DNA from: Marsupella aquatica
Lineage: Eukaryota > Plantae > Marchantiophyta
Reading direction: 5' to 3'
Assembly (NCBI GenBank): GCA_973895155.1
Contig: OZ316893.1
Location: 1-64,000, forward strand
DNA length: 64,000 bases
Made by a program: the position numbers and the translations under genes. Position 1 is the first letter of the stretch. Each line of letters starts with the position of its first letter. Below the pieces are notes generated by a model, which saw only the letters and a list, made by a program, of their open reading frames with translations, did no database searches and had not been told where the DNA came from. Of the stretch, positions 46,601-61,339 are shown in pieces.

Positions 46601-48990
46601 ATCACGTTAGGCCCGATTGTCATACGAAAGGTGAATTGTGCGGATGCTCAATTCCCCTGGATTGTCACATGGGGCTATCCCCGTGCTCACTTCCATTTGC
46701 CAATAGCATTGTGGAAACTTATGATACCACTATCCCTGTCCATTCATCTTCAAATGTAAATTTAGATAGCTTGTCGACCTCAGCATCCCTACAAGTTGTT
46801 TTAACCAGCCAGATTAATTATTCCATGTGCACGTGGAATTCATTGTTCATTGGACAATTTTTCCTGATAAAATGTCAATCGCTGAATATATTCGGGAGCC
46901 GAACAGACCACAGGTCTAGTATTTTTTGACGCCCTAAATACCTAGTGAATTTTCATTATCTTTGTAGGCTACGGACTGATGCCCAGTACATTTCTTTTTG
47001 TACATTTGAAAGTCATGAAGTCTTAATTCTGAAATACTCTCTATTCTTGTCGTTTTGGTCCAATAGCCTTCATCGGAAGGCCCCTCTTAAATTTAGGATC
47101 TCTTTTTGTATGATTGAGACTTTTAACTCATGCTTCTATAGTCAAGAAAGTAGTTACAACATCTTGCTGCTCAGCCAACATGAATTAGAGGAGCAAAAGG
47201 ACCCTCTAGCCCAAACTTTTCTTTTGGTAAATAGGGTGAATGAAAATACTGTGAGTAGATGATTGATGGACTGAATTTGTAATGCAGTTGTTAAGGCTCC
47301 ACTTTTGTAATCGTCTTGTCGGGTGGACTCGTCAAAAGGTCGTGGCCCTAGTCTTTCTACCCACTAAGCACAATCCTCAGTAGGAGAGGATGTCAATTTG
47401 TAGTCGAAAAGAGAATCATAGATTGCTGAAGCAGCAGCGGAGTCTGGGCCAACGCTTCATCTGTGCCCTTTAGGCACCATCTATTGACTTTTTGTGGTTG
47501 TAGCTGAGGGACGGCAGGGGAGAGTAACTCGGGGGGTTGAGCCTAATATATGTAGTAGAGCACAATGGTGACCGCTCTCTAACAAGTGTGCAAGGTATGC
47601 ATTAGGTGTTCGACCATCCTCATTAAGTAAAGCAGTTATGTTGGGATTTTCCAATATGTTCATATCGTTATGTAGCATCTACATAGAGCAAAATATGATA
47701 ACTAAGCCAAGTGTCAATGAGTTTCAGACTTGACCAAGCCTTTACTTCAAATGTCTTAACACATGACATTTTGAAGAAATAGACCACTGAGTCATGTGTT
47801 TTGTAACCCGATCTACTCAGGCTGAATGATCTTGTTCGCGTTATCTGGGGGGAAATGTGGTTCTTGAGGAAGCATCTGGCATATGGCTGCTAGTGTCAAG
47901 AGAGAATGTAAGTTAAGATCATGATTACTATCCTAGACTGGGTAGCAGACACCACAAGGAATGGTTCTGTGAATGAAAGCACAACATCATAACGCTTTTC
48001 TCCATACTTATGGATTATTGCCTCTTTGGCAACTACCTTGGGTCGAGTTACAAAACAAATATCTTCCAATGAGAAAGAAATAGGAGGTTCATCGGAGAGA
48101 AGTTTGTTGAGATCCATCTCAATATAAGATGAAGATTGTGCAAGCCCAATCCTGCCCGTAAATTAACTACATAAGGATATACAAGTGGCTCTATTGAATT
48201 TAATACTATAGTTGCAAATGCTTCTCCAAAGTAAAAAGTCATATGCTGACACATTATCTCTTTTTGGAGTACATGAATTCTAATAAGGAAAGGATTAGGG
48301 AGAGGAAGAACAGGTACTGGTCTGGGCATTCTTGTACTATAAAATATTTCATCCAACTAATATTCATTCTAATGACAAGATATAGAATCATTCAAGGAAA
48401 AAGATCATTCATTCAAACAAATACCATGTATTGAGTTAACTTTATGTCCATACATGCAGGTGTTTATCTTAATAGGTTTATCTTCTTTTGAATGAAAACA
48501 CTATCTGAAGGTCCAATGCATACAAATTATCACTGACCGAGCTAAGCTCCAAGCCAACGTGCATGCGTGGGTCTACTTCATAAGCTTAGGGTTTCACCCA
48601 AAATGAGCATATGATGTTAAGGTATTGTTGAGCACTTTCCAACTCTTTAGAACTTAATAACCATCTCCTATCAAATGATAACACTTTCTGAAGGTCCAAC
48701 TCATACAAAATATCCCTAACCAAACCGAAGCTCTAAGCAAGCGTGTATGAGTGGGTCTACTTCATAAGGATTATATTCATAGAAGAAGTCATCAAGTCCA
48801 ATGGATTCTTAAGGTTTCACAACTTAGTTGATGAAAATGGAGAGTGAGGGAAGAGAGCCCCTCTCCTCTTTATTTATAGTGCTCACACCTCAAGCACACA
48901 GATCAAGCATGGCACACGGATGGAAGCCATGTGTCACATATCCAAGGCAAGTAAGTGTGCTAGTACTGTAGTTACATGAGTGAAGCAAAT

Positions 48991-49150
48991 GTAGCATGCA
49001 TACTGTAGATCGTATACTGTAGCATGCACACTGTAGGTCGTACACTATAGCATGCATACTATAGATCGTACACTATAGCATGCACATTGTAGGTCGTGCA
49101 CTGTAGCATGCACACTATAGACCGTACACTGTAGCATGCACACTGTACAC
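48991..49150. repeat. 28-bp minisatellite (~5.5 units)
   Basis: tgtagcatgcaYactRtagRtcgtacac repeated. Confidence 0.9.
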
Positions 49151-52100
49151 ATGCATATTATGCGAGAATTTAAACTAATATTCTATACTAATAAGCTATA
49201 ATTATGAGGATCTGACTAAATAAAAAATCCTCACGATATCGTACTCTCTTATTGTTTGTTTCTTCCTCTACTTCCCTCCATGGTTCTTTCCCCAATCGGG
49301 GCTCCCTTTGCGCAACATCCATTGTCATTGCCAGAATTGAATTATGCTGGTTATCTCTCCTCGCACACTCCAATCCTCCCGCCTTGAAAATTTTGTTGAG
49401 CATGGCCATTTGTGTATGTGTTACACAATTTTTGGATATTGACTAATTATTCTTTCTCACACTTGCTGAACTATGTAGAAATCATAGGGTTGAAGTTTAT
49501 GAATGTGTGTGTATCATGTCCTACCCTTCCCCCTTGGTGCTTATTGCGTGTTTGCAATTGATTTCTTGTTTGCTCTATTATCCTTAGGAACTTACGTTCT
49601 TAAGTGTATGGTACGTGCGGGGATATGTGTATACTCTTAAGTTTTTTGGACATGATTCCTTAAATCTGTCATTATTTTTTAGATCACTTTTTGTCTGATG
49701 TTAGTACCTTCTTTCGGTTTCTGTTATTTTTCTGTTCGCATCTTTTAATTTGCTCATGACTTTCACTCTGACTATCACTCTTTTTTAAAAATCTTTTTTA
49801 CTTGGTTTCGTATCTTTCTACTTACCTTTCTGCTACGTCGTGTCTTTGTCATTTTGTTTGTCAGTGATTCTTTCCTTCTCATCCTATCATGTTCTTGTTT
49901 CTTCATTATTCTTGAGAGATCCTATGCATTTGTAATTCTACCTTTCATGTTCTTCTCTACTTCCTCGTGCTTCCTGGCTAATCTGACACCCTTGTTGTAT
50001 GCTTGGGCACTGTTTACTGACATACTTTACTACTTTTCTTGATCACCCTTCTTTGACATACTGCTCTTTAGTCAGAGTTCCTAGTGCTTATGAGCATCCT
50101 CTTGTTTCTGAGTTCCTCCATCAATTGGCGTACTTCACTTTGGTTAGAATTTCTGGTATGTGTGTCTGTCAACCTGTCTTATACTACTTGCTTTAGTTTC
50201 TTGGATAATCATTCTTTTTCTGTTTACTGGTCATTTTTCGGTATTCTTGTTTCTATTTATCTTTTCTTGATTGCTCCTTTCCCTCCACCCTTCTTGTTTC
50301 ATGTGTTAGAATTGTAGCTTCTGTTTCATGCGTTCTCATTGCCTGAATTCTCCGCGTGCTCCTTACCTACTTCTTTGTCAATATTTTCACCTCCGAATTA
50401 CTATTGTCGGAGATTGCATTGTCCTTTGATCCATCTGAGCATGCAGTGATAGTTCATGGATGCATACTATTTACAGTGCATTTTACTCGAGAGAAACCTA
50501 AATCCAAATTTAGAGATTTCAGTGGTGAATTCTACTTTTTATTTATAGAGTGTGGGTACTTATCTGTGGCCCAAGAATTGGGTCTGTTGGCTTGATGTGT
50601 GTGACTCGAGTTTGAACATGCTCGAATAGTCAGTCGTGTTGTTATTGACTTCTATGTTTATTGCCTCACTCCCCGCTCCTTCATATTGCCTGTCTTTGCT
50701 CGACGTTTTCCAATGCACTACCATCTCTCCACCATCCCAACTCTCCTCCATCCCATCTCTCCCCAAGGTCACCAAACATATTCCATCTCTTTACCATCGC
50801 TCCGCTGCCTTCTGGAATTATCCATTCAAGGTCAATCATTAGTAACTCGATACTTAAGCTATATATAGCTACGGCCACATTTCTCCTTCAGTTATCTAGA
50901 TTAAATATGAATATGTATCTTTTATTCTAGTTTTAATTTTTATTGTTTTAATTTCTTTTCCTTTTGCTGAAATGGGTCACCTGGAAAAAGGACAACTCTT
51001 TTGAAGGGGGTAAATAAGAGGGGAAAAATAATTGTTAAAAAATTAAAAAATTGTATTCTTCAGCTGGAAGAGGGACTACTCTTTTAGAGATGGATTTCAA
51101 AAATAATAATAATAAACTTTTGGTTTTATAAATCTTTGTTAAAAAGGGTCTTTGTTTTTATCTTTTTTCTTGCAAGAGGGGGAGAACACTGTAATTTGAG
51201 GGAGTTTCTTTGACATTTTTCTATTTTTGCACCAATGAAATCAACAGCGGGATGCAAAGCTCTCCAAAAAAGCTCATGAAAGAAGACCCAAAAGTCCATG
51301 TTTACATCATTTGAATTGTGCCCAGAGTTATATTATGTTGATCAAAACTACCAAGTAGGACCTGACAGAGTTGGGGCTCAAAATGGAGCTTCTCACTTCC
51401 GGATATTGTATAATGAAATAAAATTAATACCTATTGAGGGCATAAATTGTGTTCAACTTCACTCTATTGTTGTAGAGTTACCAAATTGTAGACAAGATTG
51501 CAAGACCTTGGTAGGGCTGGTGGTCATCTTATACCCTGATTTGTGGTTTAACTTGTTTAACACACCTAGAAGCTATGTAATAGTTCAGCCTTTGTGACTA
51601 ACCCCCTCGGTCACGGGCTTAGTTTAATAGCTTTTTAGACCAAATCAAGGTCCATTTTGGGGGTTAAATTGCTCAATATACTACAACTTAGTTTCATAGC
51701 ATTGGTCGCGCACTCTAGTGTGTGTGGAAGCCTAAAAGCTATTAGAAACTGATTTCATAGAGGTTTTTAGATTTTATGCTGAAACAAGTGATTAGAAAGC
51801 AGTTGTTTTACAATTTACGGACGTAGTTTTGGAAGTAGCCAAAGATTTGGGGCATGGATAGGGAACTACTATTCAGAATTGGATGATTATTTATCCTTTT
51901 GGGATTTTTGCTTATAGCTTACACCATCTTTCAGAAGATCTCTTGTGTGAAACCACTGAGGAAAATGAAGATATGAAGAGTGCATAGGAATTGACTAATG
52001 TTGTAAAAGTGTTATTTCTGGCAATACATAGTTGAGGAGGCTTTAGATGCATTTGTGGTAAATAATGAAAATTCTCCTGAATTTGATGCTTCAATTATAG

Positions 52101-55100
52101 ATATCATTAAGCAGAGAAAAGATCCAGCAAATGTTATGGAGACTTTAAGTGAATTTTCTTTTATTGAAAAGTGACGGTCTGAGAGAAATTATATTTCTCA
52201 TCCTAATGATTGTCAATCCAAAGACAAGTCAGAAAGAGAGCTTTGGATCAGATTTTATGAGGTCACTTTGAAAACCAGCTTTTCAGATGATTTTCGGAAA
52301 TGGGTACACTTGGGTTACTGATGTTGAAGGGTGTTGATGCAATTGTCAGAAGAAAAGCAATAAGTCAAAGCAAAAGGCTTCTTCAGGCAGCCAAGAAAGG
52401 CAAAAGTAGGAATTTGCTGTTTAAACCAGAGAACCATTTCGGTATCCAATAGATTTATTATGGAGCAATCATGTGGGATTGACTTATTTTATCTGCAAAG
52501 TTTTTGCGAGATTTTTTAAAAAAGTCCTTAAGGGGTTTTCACAAGAAAATATTGAGGATTGACCTTGGCGGCGGTGTCATGAAGTTCGTGGGCGATGTCG
52601 GGAAAGCTTGGGCTTCTGTCTGTCGGAAGAATAATGCGCGTACTATGTGCTAATAAAATACTACGATCATTACCCGAAAATGCTTAATTATCATGGGAAC
52701 AACAAATGGAACCGGGGATGAAGTGATCATGGTGTATGCTGACTCCTCAAAGTTTCTAATGATAAATGCTCAAAACTCGGTCTTTCGGCGACATATCACT
52801 CAAACATTACAATCTATACTAAAATTAGACCTAGAAACTCTATTAAGGTCCATCTTCTGGTTAAAAATCACAGTACAGATTTTTTGAATATAGAAAATTC
52901 ACCTATGATTATCGACTTCCTTTGAATCCTAACATGCAAATCAAGTATTTGTTATCCTATCACCCCTCAAAGGTTCGAGTCAAAATTTTATCTTGATCAA
53001 TAATTATAAAGAGAAATGTGAGACCTATGTAGATTGCAGGCTATGAAGATCCTTTCACTATTACCATATTATATATCTTACATAAAAATAGATACACCCT
53101 TGAAACTTTTTCCTAGGCATGACATAGCTTCTTGTCTATCTCCAAGAAAAATTTCAATTATGCATCTTATTCTAGAAAAACATGACAAACGATATTCAAA
53201 CTCAACAAAATATGGTTCTATTTGAGTATAATCTAAATTGTTAAGTCATCATAACTTTCTAGCATTTGTACCTAAATCAAGTGATTCCAAAAGAAAAGTT
53301 TGTGTGCTCATCAAGGTGATCAAAGTTATAATACTATCTCTCCAAGAAAGATAGACCACAATGATTTTCTATATAGAAAAACCTTCACTACTTACTAAAT
53401 TCCTAACAATATCAAATTTCTAGTTTCTAAGCACATTCTATGAATTCTCATACTTTCCACACTACTCTTGCACATAGAATTGGAATAATGAAGAAAAATC
53501 ACCATGCCCCCCAAGGGTTAGGCCTCTTATTTATAGTGCTTTGGAGGGATAATGACTCACCTCTTTGGTACACACGGTCCAATAATATTTGAACATGTAA
53601 TCAATAAGATGTTTGGATGCTATTGGACATGTTTCCATGCTTATCCTCCTTTCGACACCTAATTGGCCATGTGTTTGATTCTAAATGGTCATGCAACCAT
53701 GCAAGGTCTTTTTACACATGCATGTCATATATCCCTATATATTTTGCTATGTCACAAGTCTAGTGGAAAAGTAAAACCACCTAGTAGGTTTATACTCTAG
53801 TTTATGATACTTATTCCTGTAGCCCACAATACTTTATTTAGAAGTGCTTTGTCATCACTCTAATCCATCATAGGATGCCTAAATTTTGTAACTAGGCATG
53901 ATGAATCACCAACCTTCACACCCAAACTAGTTACTATGTTAAAACGTAAAAACATATAACCCATTTATGTGCATATGTAAGTGTGGATAAGAACAAAGGT
54001 TGTGCGGATTCTTCAACCTCCCGAAAGAGTTGCACACCAAAATGATGGACAATGAATTGCCAAAATGAATTTTCTTCATAACCCGAAACTAAAATTTAAC
54101 GTGATTCGGAAATCCAATTGGCGCCCCGTGCACTCCGTCCATTGCTGCTTTCTTGCCTTCGAGTTGTTGCTTCCTCCTCTCGTTCCTTGTCTCTTTATGA
54201 ATTGGCAACCCGCTACAAGCATAGATACCCAACTTATGGTCTTATTTGTCATCTTAAGTTGAGATGTTGCAACCCCAAAATATACCCGTGTAACTTAAGT
54301 GTAATGTGTGCACCAAAGTTACCACGACAACGGGTTGTAGGTGTAAAGTTTATTTTTTTGCTTCCTTTGTTTGCCATCGCTGCCATTGCCGCTCGGAAGG
54401 AAGGAATGAGACACTCTTTTGCTTCTTTGCATTTTGTCTTCAGTTGATTTTGCTTATTGTGCTATCGATTCCCGGTCTCGCTTGCTAAGCTCCCGAGTCT
54501 TGATTCCTCTTGAGTTGGATCTTTACTTCCATCAGCTCACCATTGTTGTGTTGCCTTACAAGACGATCAATCCAAGGCCATTCGTAGTATTCTGTTCTTT
54601 CTGTCTTGTTCGTGAAGTGCGGGGAAGGTGCGGGGCTTGGGTGAGACTTTGAGGTTGTCGCCAGCTTGAGGCACTGAGGTGGGCGAGATTGCATTGGCTA
54701 CAAGTGGAGGGTCCACATTTGAATTTTTTGAAGTTTTGTTTGGTTTTGTCAAGGTGTGCAACTCTAACTGTTTGAGGCATTTTGAAGATTGTGTTGCAGC
54801 GCGCACTTGGGCTTGGATGCTTAGTTGTAGTATTTGGGAAGTTAAAAGTAATAGTTTTCCCTCAAAGATCACCCACGGTTCGTGTGGAGGGTAGATTGTT
54901 GTAGTTTTTGCTGCTATGAAATTAAGTATTGTTGAATTCTTGTGCCTTTGGTGGATTGTATTGACTTACTCTGGTAGATTCCCTTTGGAGGATTGTATTG
55001 ACTTGCCTCTAGTGGATTGTATTCTGTAGTGCCTGATATTTTTAACTTTTTTGCTCAAAATCAAAGGACCAGAAGACTTTGGTGTCCTAAGGTAATTATG

Positions 55101-56032
55101 GCAAAGGACAAATTGGCACAAGATGTTGTCCTCTAAAGGTTGCACGTCCCATGAAGAAGATGTTATCACTCAGAATATGAAAAAAACGATTGATACATTT
55201 CTCATATCCATGACATTTGATGGGATGAAATTTATGTCCTTTGATCCTCAGGTAACAACTAAGACTATTGTCAAATGTTTGTCTCAAGCTGAGAGGATAG
55301 TCATTGACCTTGAAATTGGTTCTAGAGATGCTATGGTGGTTGGTGAAAGTGTGGCGTGAAACAATTTATATGTTTAGAGTGAGCTTTCATTACATTGGTC
55401 GCGCATTCTAATGTGTGTGTCAGCCTATAAGCTATTGGAAATTGATTTCATATAAGTTTTTAGATCTTATGTTGGAATAAGTGAATACAAAGACGTAATT
55501 TTGGAAGCACATAAACTAAAATAAATAAATAATAAAGTTTTAATTTAAAAAATATAATATTTAAAGATTGGAATGTAAAATAAAAATTTTAAAAAATTAT
55601 AGATATGAATAATATTTTTTGGTCTTTTTATTAATGTTTTTTTTGTAAAAATCTATCTAATTTTTTGTTTACGATAACAACTCTTACGTATGTAGGATTT
55701 GATGTTGGAATTTTATATCCTGTTCCATAGACAATGTTATTACGAAATGAAAATAAATAATCATTTCTAATAGGTAATAATATTCTATATTCTACAATAA
55801 CAAAATTTTCAAAAGAAATTTTGATATCAGGATAACTAAGATAACTTAAATAAATTATACTATATTATAATCAACATGAGTTTGTACACAATGATCTTTA
55901 CTAATATATAATTAATAAACACTGAGATCTTTATATTTTAGTGCTTCATCAAATATATTTATTTTATAATTGTTTGAACTTAAATAAAAGATGAGAATCA
56001 TCTAAAAAACGCTGTAATATTTGTGAACATAA

Positions 56033-58821
56033 TCACATGTAAAGGTTCACGGCAAAGGAATATGCTGACTTGCCTGCTACGATGTCTAGAACTGCCTCTA
56101 GAAATGGTACAGGAAAAGGGTCTTTTATAGTGGCCGCATTTAACTTTCTGAAATCAATACACACTCTTAGCTTCCCGTTTTTCTTTGGAACTACGACTAT
56201 CGGAGATAACCATGTGTAACGATTAACGGGTTCAATAAATTTGGCGTCGAGGAGTCTCTGTATCTCCTCTTTTACCTTCTCTGCGTAGTTGGGGTTCATC
56301 CGATATCGTTGGGTCTGTACCGGAACCGATCCTGGTACAAGTTGGATTCGGTGTACACCAATTGATTCTGGTACTCCTTTTAGCTCTGTGTAATCCCAGG
56401 CAAATACATCCCGAAAATCTGTAAGTAGTGCAATCAATTCCTGTTTATGCCTTGGGGAAAGGTGCTTCCCAATTTTCACTTCCCGTGGCCGTTCGGTATC
56501 ACCCAAATCGATCCTCTGAATGTGTTCTTCTTCCGTGGCTCCCCACCCTACTACCTTCTCTGGTACGGTGCCGAGGGTGATTTGCGCTGTTTCTTCCTTC
56601 AAAGGACATTCTTGAATTCCTTGTGGGTCTATATGTTTGAACAGGTCCTTCCTCAAATCATGGTTCATCTTCTCTCTGGTCATCCCTTGTATCTCATCCA
56701 ACTTGACGACTTCCACATCAGAAATCGGTACAAGGTCTGGGCGGCATTTCAGATAAGTTTCTTCTTCATCCTCGTTCAACCCTTCCGCCCAATTCAGAGT
56801 GCAAACCCGGGCCTTTGGTGGTGTCCCGTCTTTGATCGCCTTCGTCCTGATTTTGAAGGTCTCCCCCCTGTGTTCGATCTTGATGTAGTCCTTCTCTTCC
56901 CCCCAATGTTGTTTCACCTTGGCTTGTCTTAGCCAAGGTCGCCCCAACAACATCGGTTGCCCTCTGGTAGAGTCTGCTTCTCTCAAGACTACTACCCCTA
57001 AATTATACTTGATACCTGAAATCAGCATCGGTAAGTCTGGTACGTAACCCAGTGGATGACAGCTGCTCTGGTCGGCCATCACCAGGTTAAATGGTGCAGG
57101 TAAAAGCTTAACCCTTCCCAACTGTCTATAAGTCTGCTCGCTCATGAGGTTAACGGCTGATCCTCCGTCTAGTAGTACATTTTTAAGCTTGATGCCCCTC
57201 ACACTTATCTGGACTATGGCCCCCTTATCAATTAATGGAATCTTACCTGCCTGGTACAGTGGTACCCCTGGAAGTGTGGTGGGGCTGATTCTGCCCACTA
57301 ATTTTCTCATTACCGCTTCCTTGCACTGGGTGCTAACTGGAACAATTCTTCAATGGTAAGGTCAACTCGTGTCTTTGAAATGAGTTGCACCAGTTTATCC
57401 ACTATTCGCTTGTTTGCTTCTGCTGGGGTAATAGGTGGTTCTTCCTCCCCTGGAAGCTGCCCCGTTTCTTGGTCGAAACCACCCATTGTCACTCCTTGTC
57501 CCAGGATCTCTGCCTCGGGTTCTGCGTATGGCTCTGAACGCATTAATCGTTCAGGTCGTGGCAGAATCTTGTCTTGTTGTTGGTGGCGAATCTCTTCCGC
57601 CGTATCTCGTGTGGTGGCGTCCATCTGGCTCCAATTGAACCCGACTTCTGCTCCTGGTGGATTTACTGGATTTGAAACCTCCGGTTGCCCTTGAGATCTG
57701 GTCACCACATTCGTGGATACCTGCATAGTATTCACGGGTGCTGGGGCTTTCCCCGCTATTTCTTCTTTTTCCTTCATGTGCTTCATCCATAATTCACAAT
57801 CGGGCCCCCTGATGTGACCGGTTAGTCGGCAGTAATAGCAAATCGGTGGGTATTTAGTACCACCATCCTTATAGGGCCTTCGGTTTGCATTACGATCCGG
57901 ATTGTAATATCTTTGACTACTTTCCATCCTATCCCCATCTTGTTTGCTTGTTCCTACCTGATTTACACCTAGGCTAGGTTTCTTTTTAAAAGGATTCTGG
58001 TTGCATTCCTGAGTAGTATGTCCAGGCCTCATATGTATTTCACAGAATTTTTGAGTACTAAGCTCGCTTCGCTCTCGGTTTTCCTTGACTTCTACTTTAG
58101 AAGGTTCTGTTTTCCGGTTAACCCTCTCTTCATCCTTACTGCTTTCGTTCTTTTCCTGGTTAAGCATCTGAGTAATGCCTTCTAGTCGTATTAATCTTTT
58201 CTCATATTTGTCAGCATTAGAAGTGGGATTTTGTTCTACCACTGTGACTAGACTTCCCTTTACAGCCTTTCTCATCCAGCTAATTCGCTGCCCGTTGGAC
58301 GGTTTGTTAGTTAATCGCCTCATTGTTACCTTTAACCGTCCAATATAGTTCTGTACTGGTTCTCCTTTCTTCTGAGTCATGTTCTGCAGAATGCTATACA
58401 AATCAGATTCTTCCTTAGCCCTTCTGTAATGATCTAAGAATTCTTTTGAAAACTCAGGCCAAGTTTTGAAATGGTCAGCTGGGTATTGAGTGTACCATAC
58501 AAAAGCCTCTTTGTCCAGTGAGCTGGGAAACAGCTCTAATCGAGCTATGTCATTCTGTTCGTGGTTAGCTCTGAGCATTTCTTCGAAACGTGCTAAGTGG
58601 GTATCGGCATCTTCATCAGGTGCTCCCTTGAACATGGGTATTTTAACCCTTCTGGTAGGAGCCAATCTCGAACTACTGCCAGCTCCTTGGTGGGTTTTAA
58701 GTCTTTCCATGGCTTCTTCCAGGGTTTCTTCGACCTTATCTTGAGTTCTTGAAGTCTCGATTCGTTCTTCGACCTCAAGTCTGAGTCTGCCTTCTTGGAA
58801 AGGTTCAAACTCCTCTGCCAT
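56033..58821 (-). mobile_element. Truncated Ty3/Gypsy retrotransposon: gag (57310-58821) and protease + N-terminal RT (56033-57310)
   Basis: Retrotrans_gag (LFPSSLDKEAFVWY), Zn knuckles CEIH..GH..C and CYYC..GH..C, protease LLDGGSAVN, RT SPIVVVPKKNGKLRVCIDFRKLN..KDPFPVP. Cut before the RT catalytic motifs. Confidence 0.92.
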
Positions 58822-59272
58822 TTCTCCTTGGAGTCAGCGATGCTGGAGCTAAGTGTTGAGGTAGTCGAGTTCCGCGACTTGCTCCCCCCCTTTAAAAATG
58901 GTCACGTCCGCGTGACCTAAGTAAACGTTCGAGCACGCCTAGACCAACTTAGGTCTAGAATTTTTTTTATAAGATAACCATTGGTTTGCCCATTAGGCTG
59001 ATGCAAACCAGGTTGGTGTGCGCATTCCAAACTTAGGAAATTCCAAACCTATCCCACTTATCCAAGTAGGATGCCAGTCCAATCGGGTAAGCTAACTCCA
59101 AACTCATTGGACCCCATGTTCTCCCCTTAGGGTACTCCCCTTTAGTTCAAACTAGCCCGCCCACAGATGTAAGGCGGGCACCATCAACTTCCACTCGCAA
59201 AAAGCAAATCGGCCGCCCAACAACCTCTAGCTCCAACGCAATCCAACTTTACTCTCAAGAGGCCGAGAGGAG

Positions 59273-59299
59273 TTTAGGGTTTAGGGTTTAGGGTTTAGG
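59273..59299 (+). repeat. (TTTAGGG)~4 tract in the chromovirus 3' region
   Basis: tttagggtttagggtttagggtttagg. Confidence 0.9.
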
Positions 59300-60982
59300 A
59301 TACAACTCACAAAGGTAGCTACAGCTGCCTGTACCAGTTCACAATGGCGGTAAACCGCTTCGCTTACGATAGCTTCCAAGGATCTCAGAGGCATTACTCA
59401 AATTTTCCTCCGGTTCCCAAGTACTCTCGGCTTGATCATAGCCAGCCCACTTAACCAAATACTCTAAGATTTGCCTTCCCAACTTGCGTTTGTAACGGTG
59501 GTCCAGAATTGCCTCCACCTCAAACTCCTCCGCGTCCTCCACCAGCATGGCGTACGGACGCAAGACTTGATCCCGGTTGGGATCATCGTCTTTGACAAAC
59601 TTCTTGAGTCGGCTAACATGGTAGCTCTTGCCCACGCCCATTTCTTTGGGTGTCTCCAACACCACCGAAACCGGATTATCCTTGTGGGCCCATCGTATGA
59701 TACGATAGGGCCCCGCATATCTGGGAGCCAGCTTCCTACTTATGTTCCCGTGGTATTGCTCAGGTCTCAACTGTAACCAGACGCTCTCCCCAATTTCAAA
59801 GCTTACCTGGCGTCGATGTTTATCCCCTTGTTCCTTGTACCGACTTTGGGCAAGGGTCATCCCCTTGGTAGCCGCTTCCACAACTAGGCGCCGTTCTCGA
59901 ATAAAATTGTCCGCAGAAGGAACCAAGCCAAGCTTCCGGATTTATGAACCAGGAGGGCGCCCTCGGCATCCTCCCGGTGGCCAATACAAACGGCGCAAAC
60001 CCCTTCGCCGAATGCTTGGTCGAGTTATACCTGAACTCGGCCATTGTTAAGTGTTTTGCCCAATCCTTTTGATTGGCCATCACAAAGTGACGCAAGTAGT
60101 CCTCCAAGATACCATTAACCCGTTCCGTTTGGCCATCTGTTTCATGATGATACGCTGATCCCCTTGTCAGGTTTGTTCCGGATAACCGGAACAACGCCTT
60201 CCAGAAATGACCTGTGAACTTGGTATCACGGTCGGACAGGATATGCAACGGCAATCCCCATAGTCGGAAGACATTGTCAAATACTAGACAGACAACTTCC
60301 TTGGCTGACACCATTTTCGTAGTCGACAAGAAATACGCCATCTTGGAAAAACAATCCACAATTGTTAAGATGGAGTTACTGCCGTGGGACTCAGGTAACC
60401 CAACAATGAAGTCCATGGAGATTGACTCCCATGGAGCCGCAGCGACTGGTAAGGGTTGTAGAAGTCCTCCTTTTGCCCTATAAACCGTTCGGTTTTTTGG
60501 CATGAGTAACAACTTTGCACGTGGTGAAGAACCGATTGCTTTATGTCCGGCCAATACACATCTCTAGACATGCTGTGATACGTAGCAGTTTGTGCGCCAT
60601 GCCCTCCCCAGGGCGAGTCGTGGTACTTTTGCAGAACCTCTAACCTTAGAGACTCTGGGATGTACACACGCCTTTGTTTGTACCGCCATAACTGGACATT
60701 ATGTGTATCCAACCCCAAAGATACGTGCCTCACCCTGCCTTGGCTACCCCCATTGCTTTGCCATTCCTTGGCTAACCTGTCATCCTCATACGCTTGGGCC
60801 AAAACCTTAGGCCACTCGGATTCAATCATTATGATCCCATTGACCCGATGATGGTCCTTACGTGATAACGCGTCAGCTGCCGTATTTGTCTTCCCTTGAA
60901 CGTGGCGGACTTCAAAGTCAAAATCCGCCAAGAACATCTGCCAGCGCATTTCCTTGGGGTTCAGTCTTGGCTTAGAACTGAA

Positions 60983-61339
60983 GGTGGAAAGCAAGATTGA
61001 GGGGTACCAAAAAGTGCAAAAAGGACTTGGATTTGCTCTCATAGTCCTCATTAAAAAAGGAGGTTAGCAAGGAGTAAATTAAAGATTGACACACTTCCTC
61101 AAAGGTTGGACACACTTCCTCAAAGTTGGACACACTTCCTAAAAGTTTGGTACACTTCCTCAAAGATGGGGCACACTTCCAAAGATCTAGGTTAAATGAT
61201 AGCCTTTGATGTGCCAAAATAAGATCACAACCCTTGAGTGTAACACCCCCCAATTTATTGCAAAATTCACTAGGACTCACTCCTTTTGGTGGAGACTTTG
61301 GAGATCCTTTTTATGTACCCCTCAATCATGCTTTCCACC
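60983..61339. mobile_element. 357-bp MITE inserted in the chromovirus RNase H
   Basis: 25-bp TIRs GGTGGAAAGCAWGATTGAGGGGTAC. Flanks TGAA/TAAA (4-bp TSD, one mismatch). Removing it restores the frame ..GYFSSKPRLNP. Internal ~21-bp repeats. Confidence 0.88.

Noticed and set aside
43860-56030. Short ORFs, PPT-like purine runs, TATA-like sites and ~100-bp diverged duplications (48491/48674; 51692/55385)
   Set aside because: Looks like old TE debris; no domain or boundary could be supported.
41838-59299. Opposed telomeric tracts bounding a second telomere-capped element
   Set aside because: The 59273 tract lies inside the chromovirus 3' region, and no other shared terminal sequence was seen.
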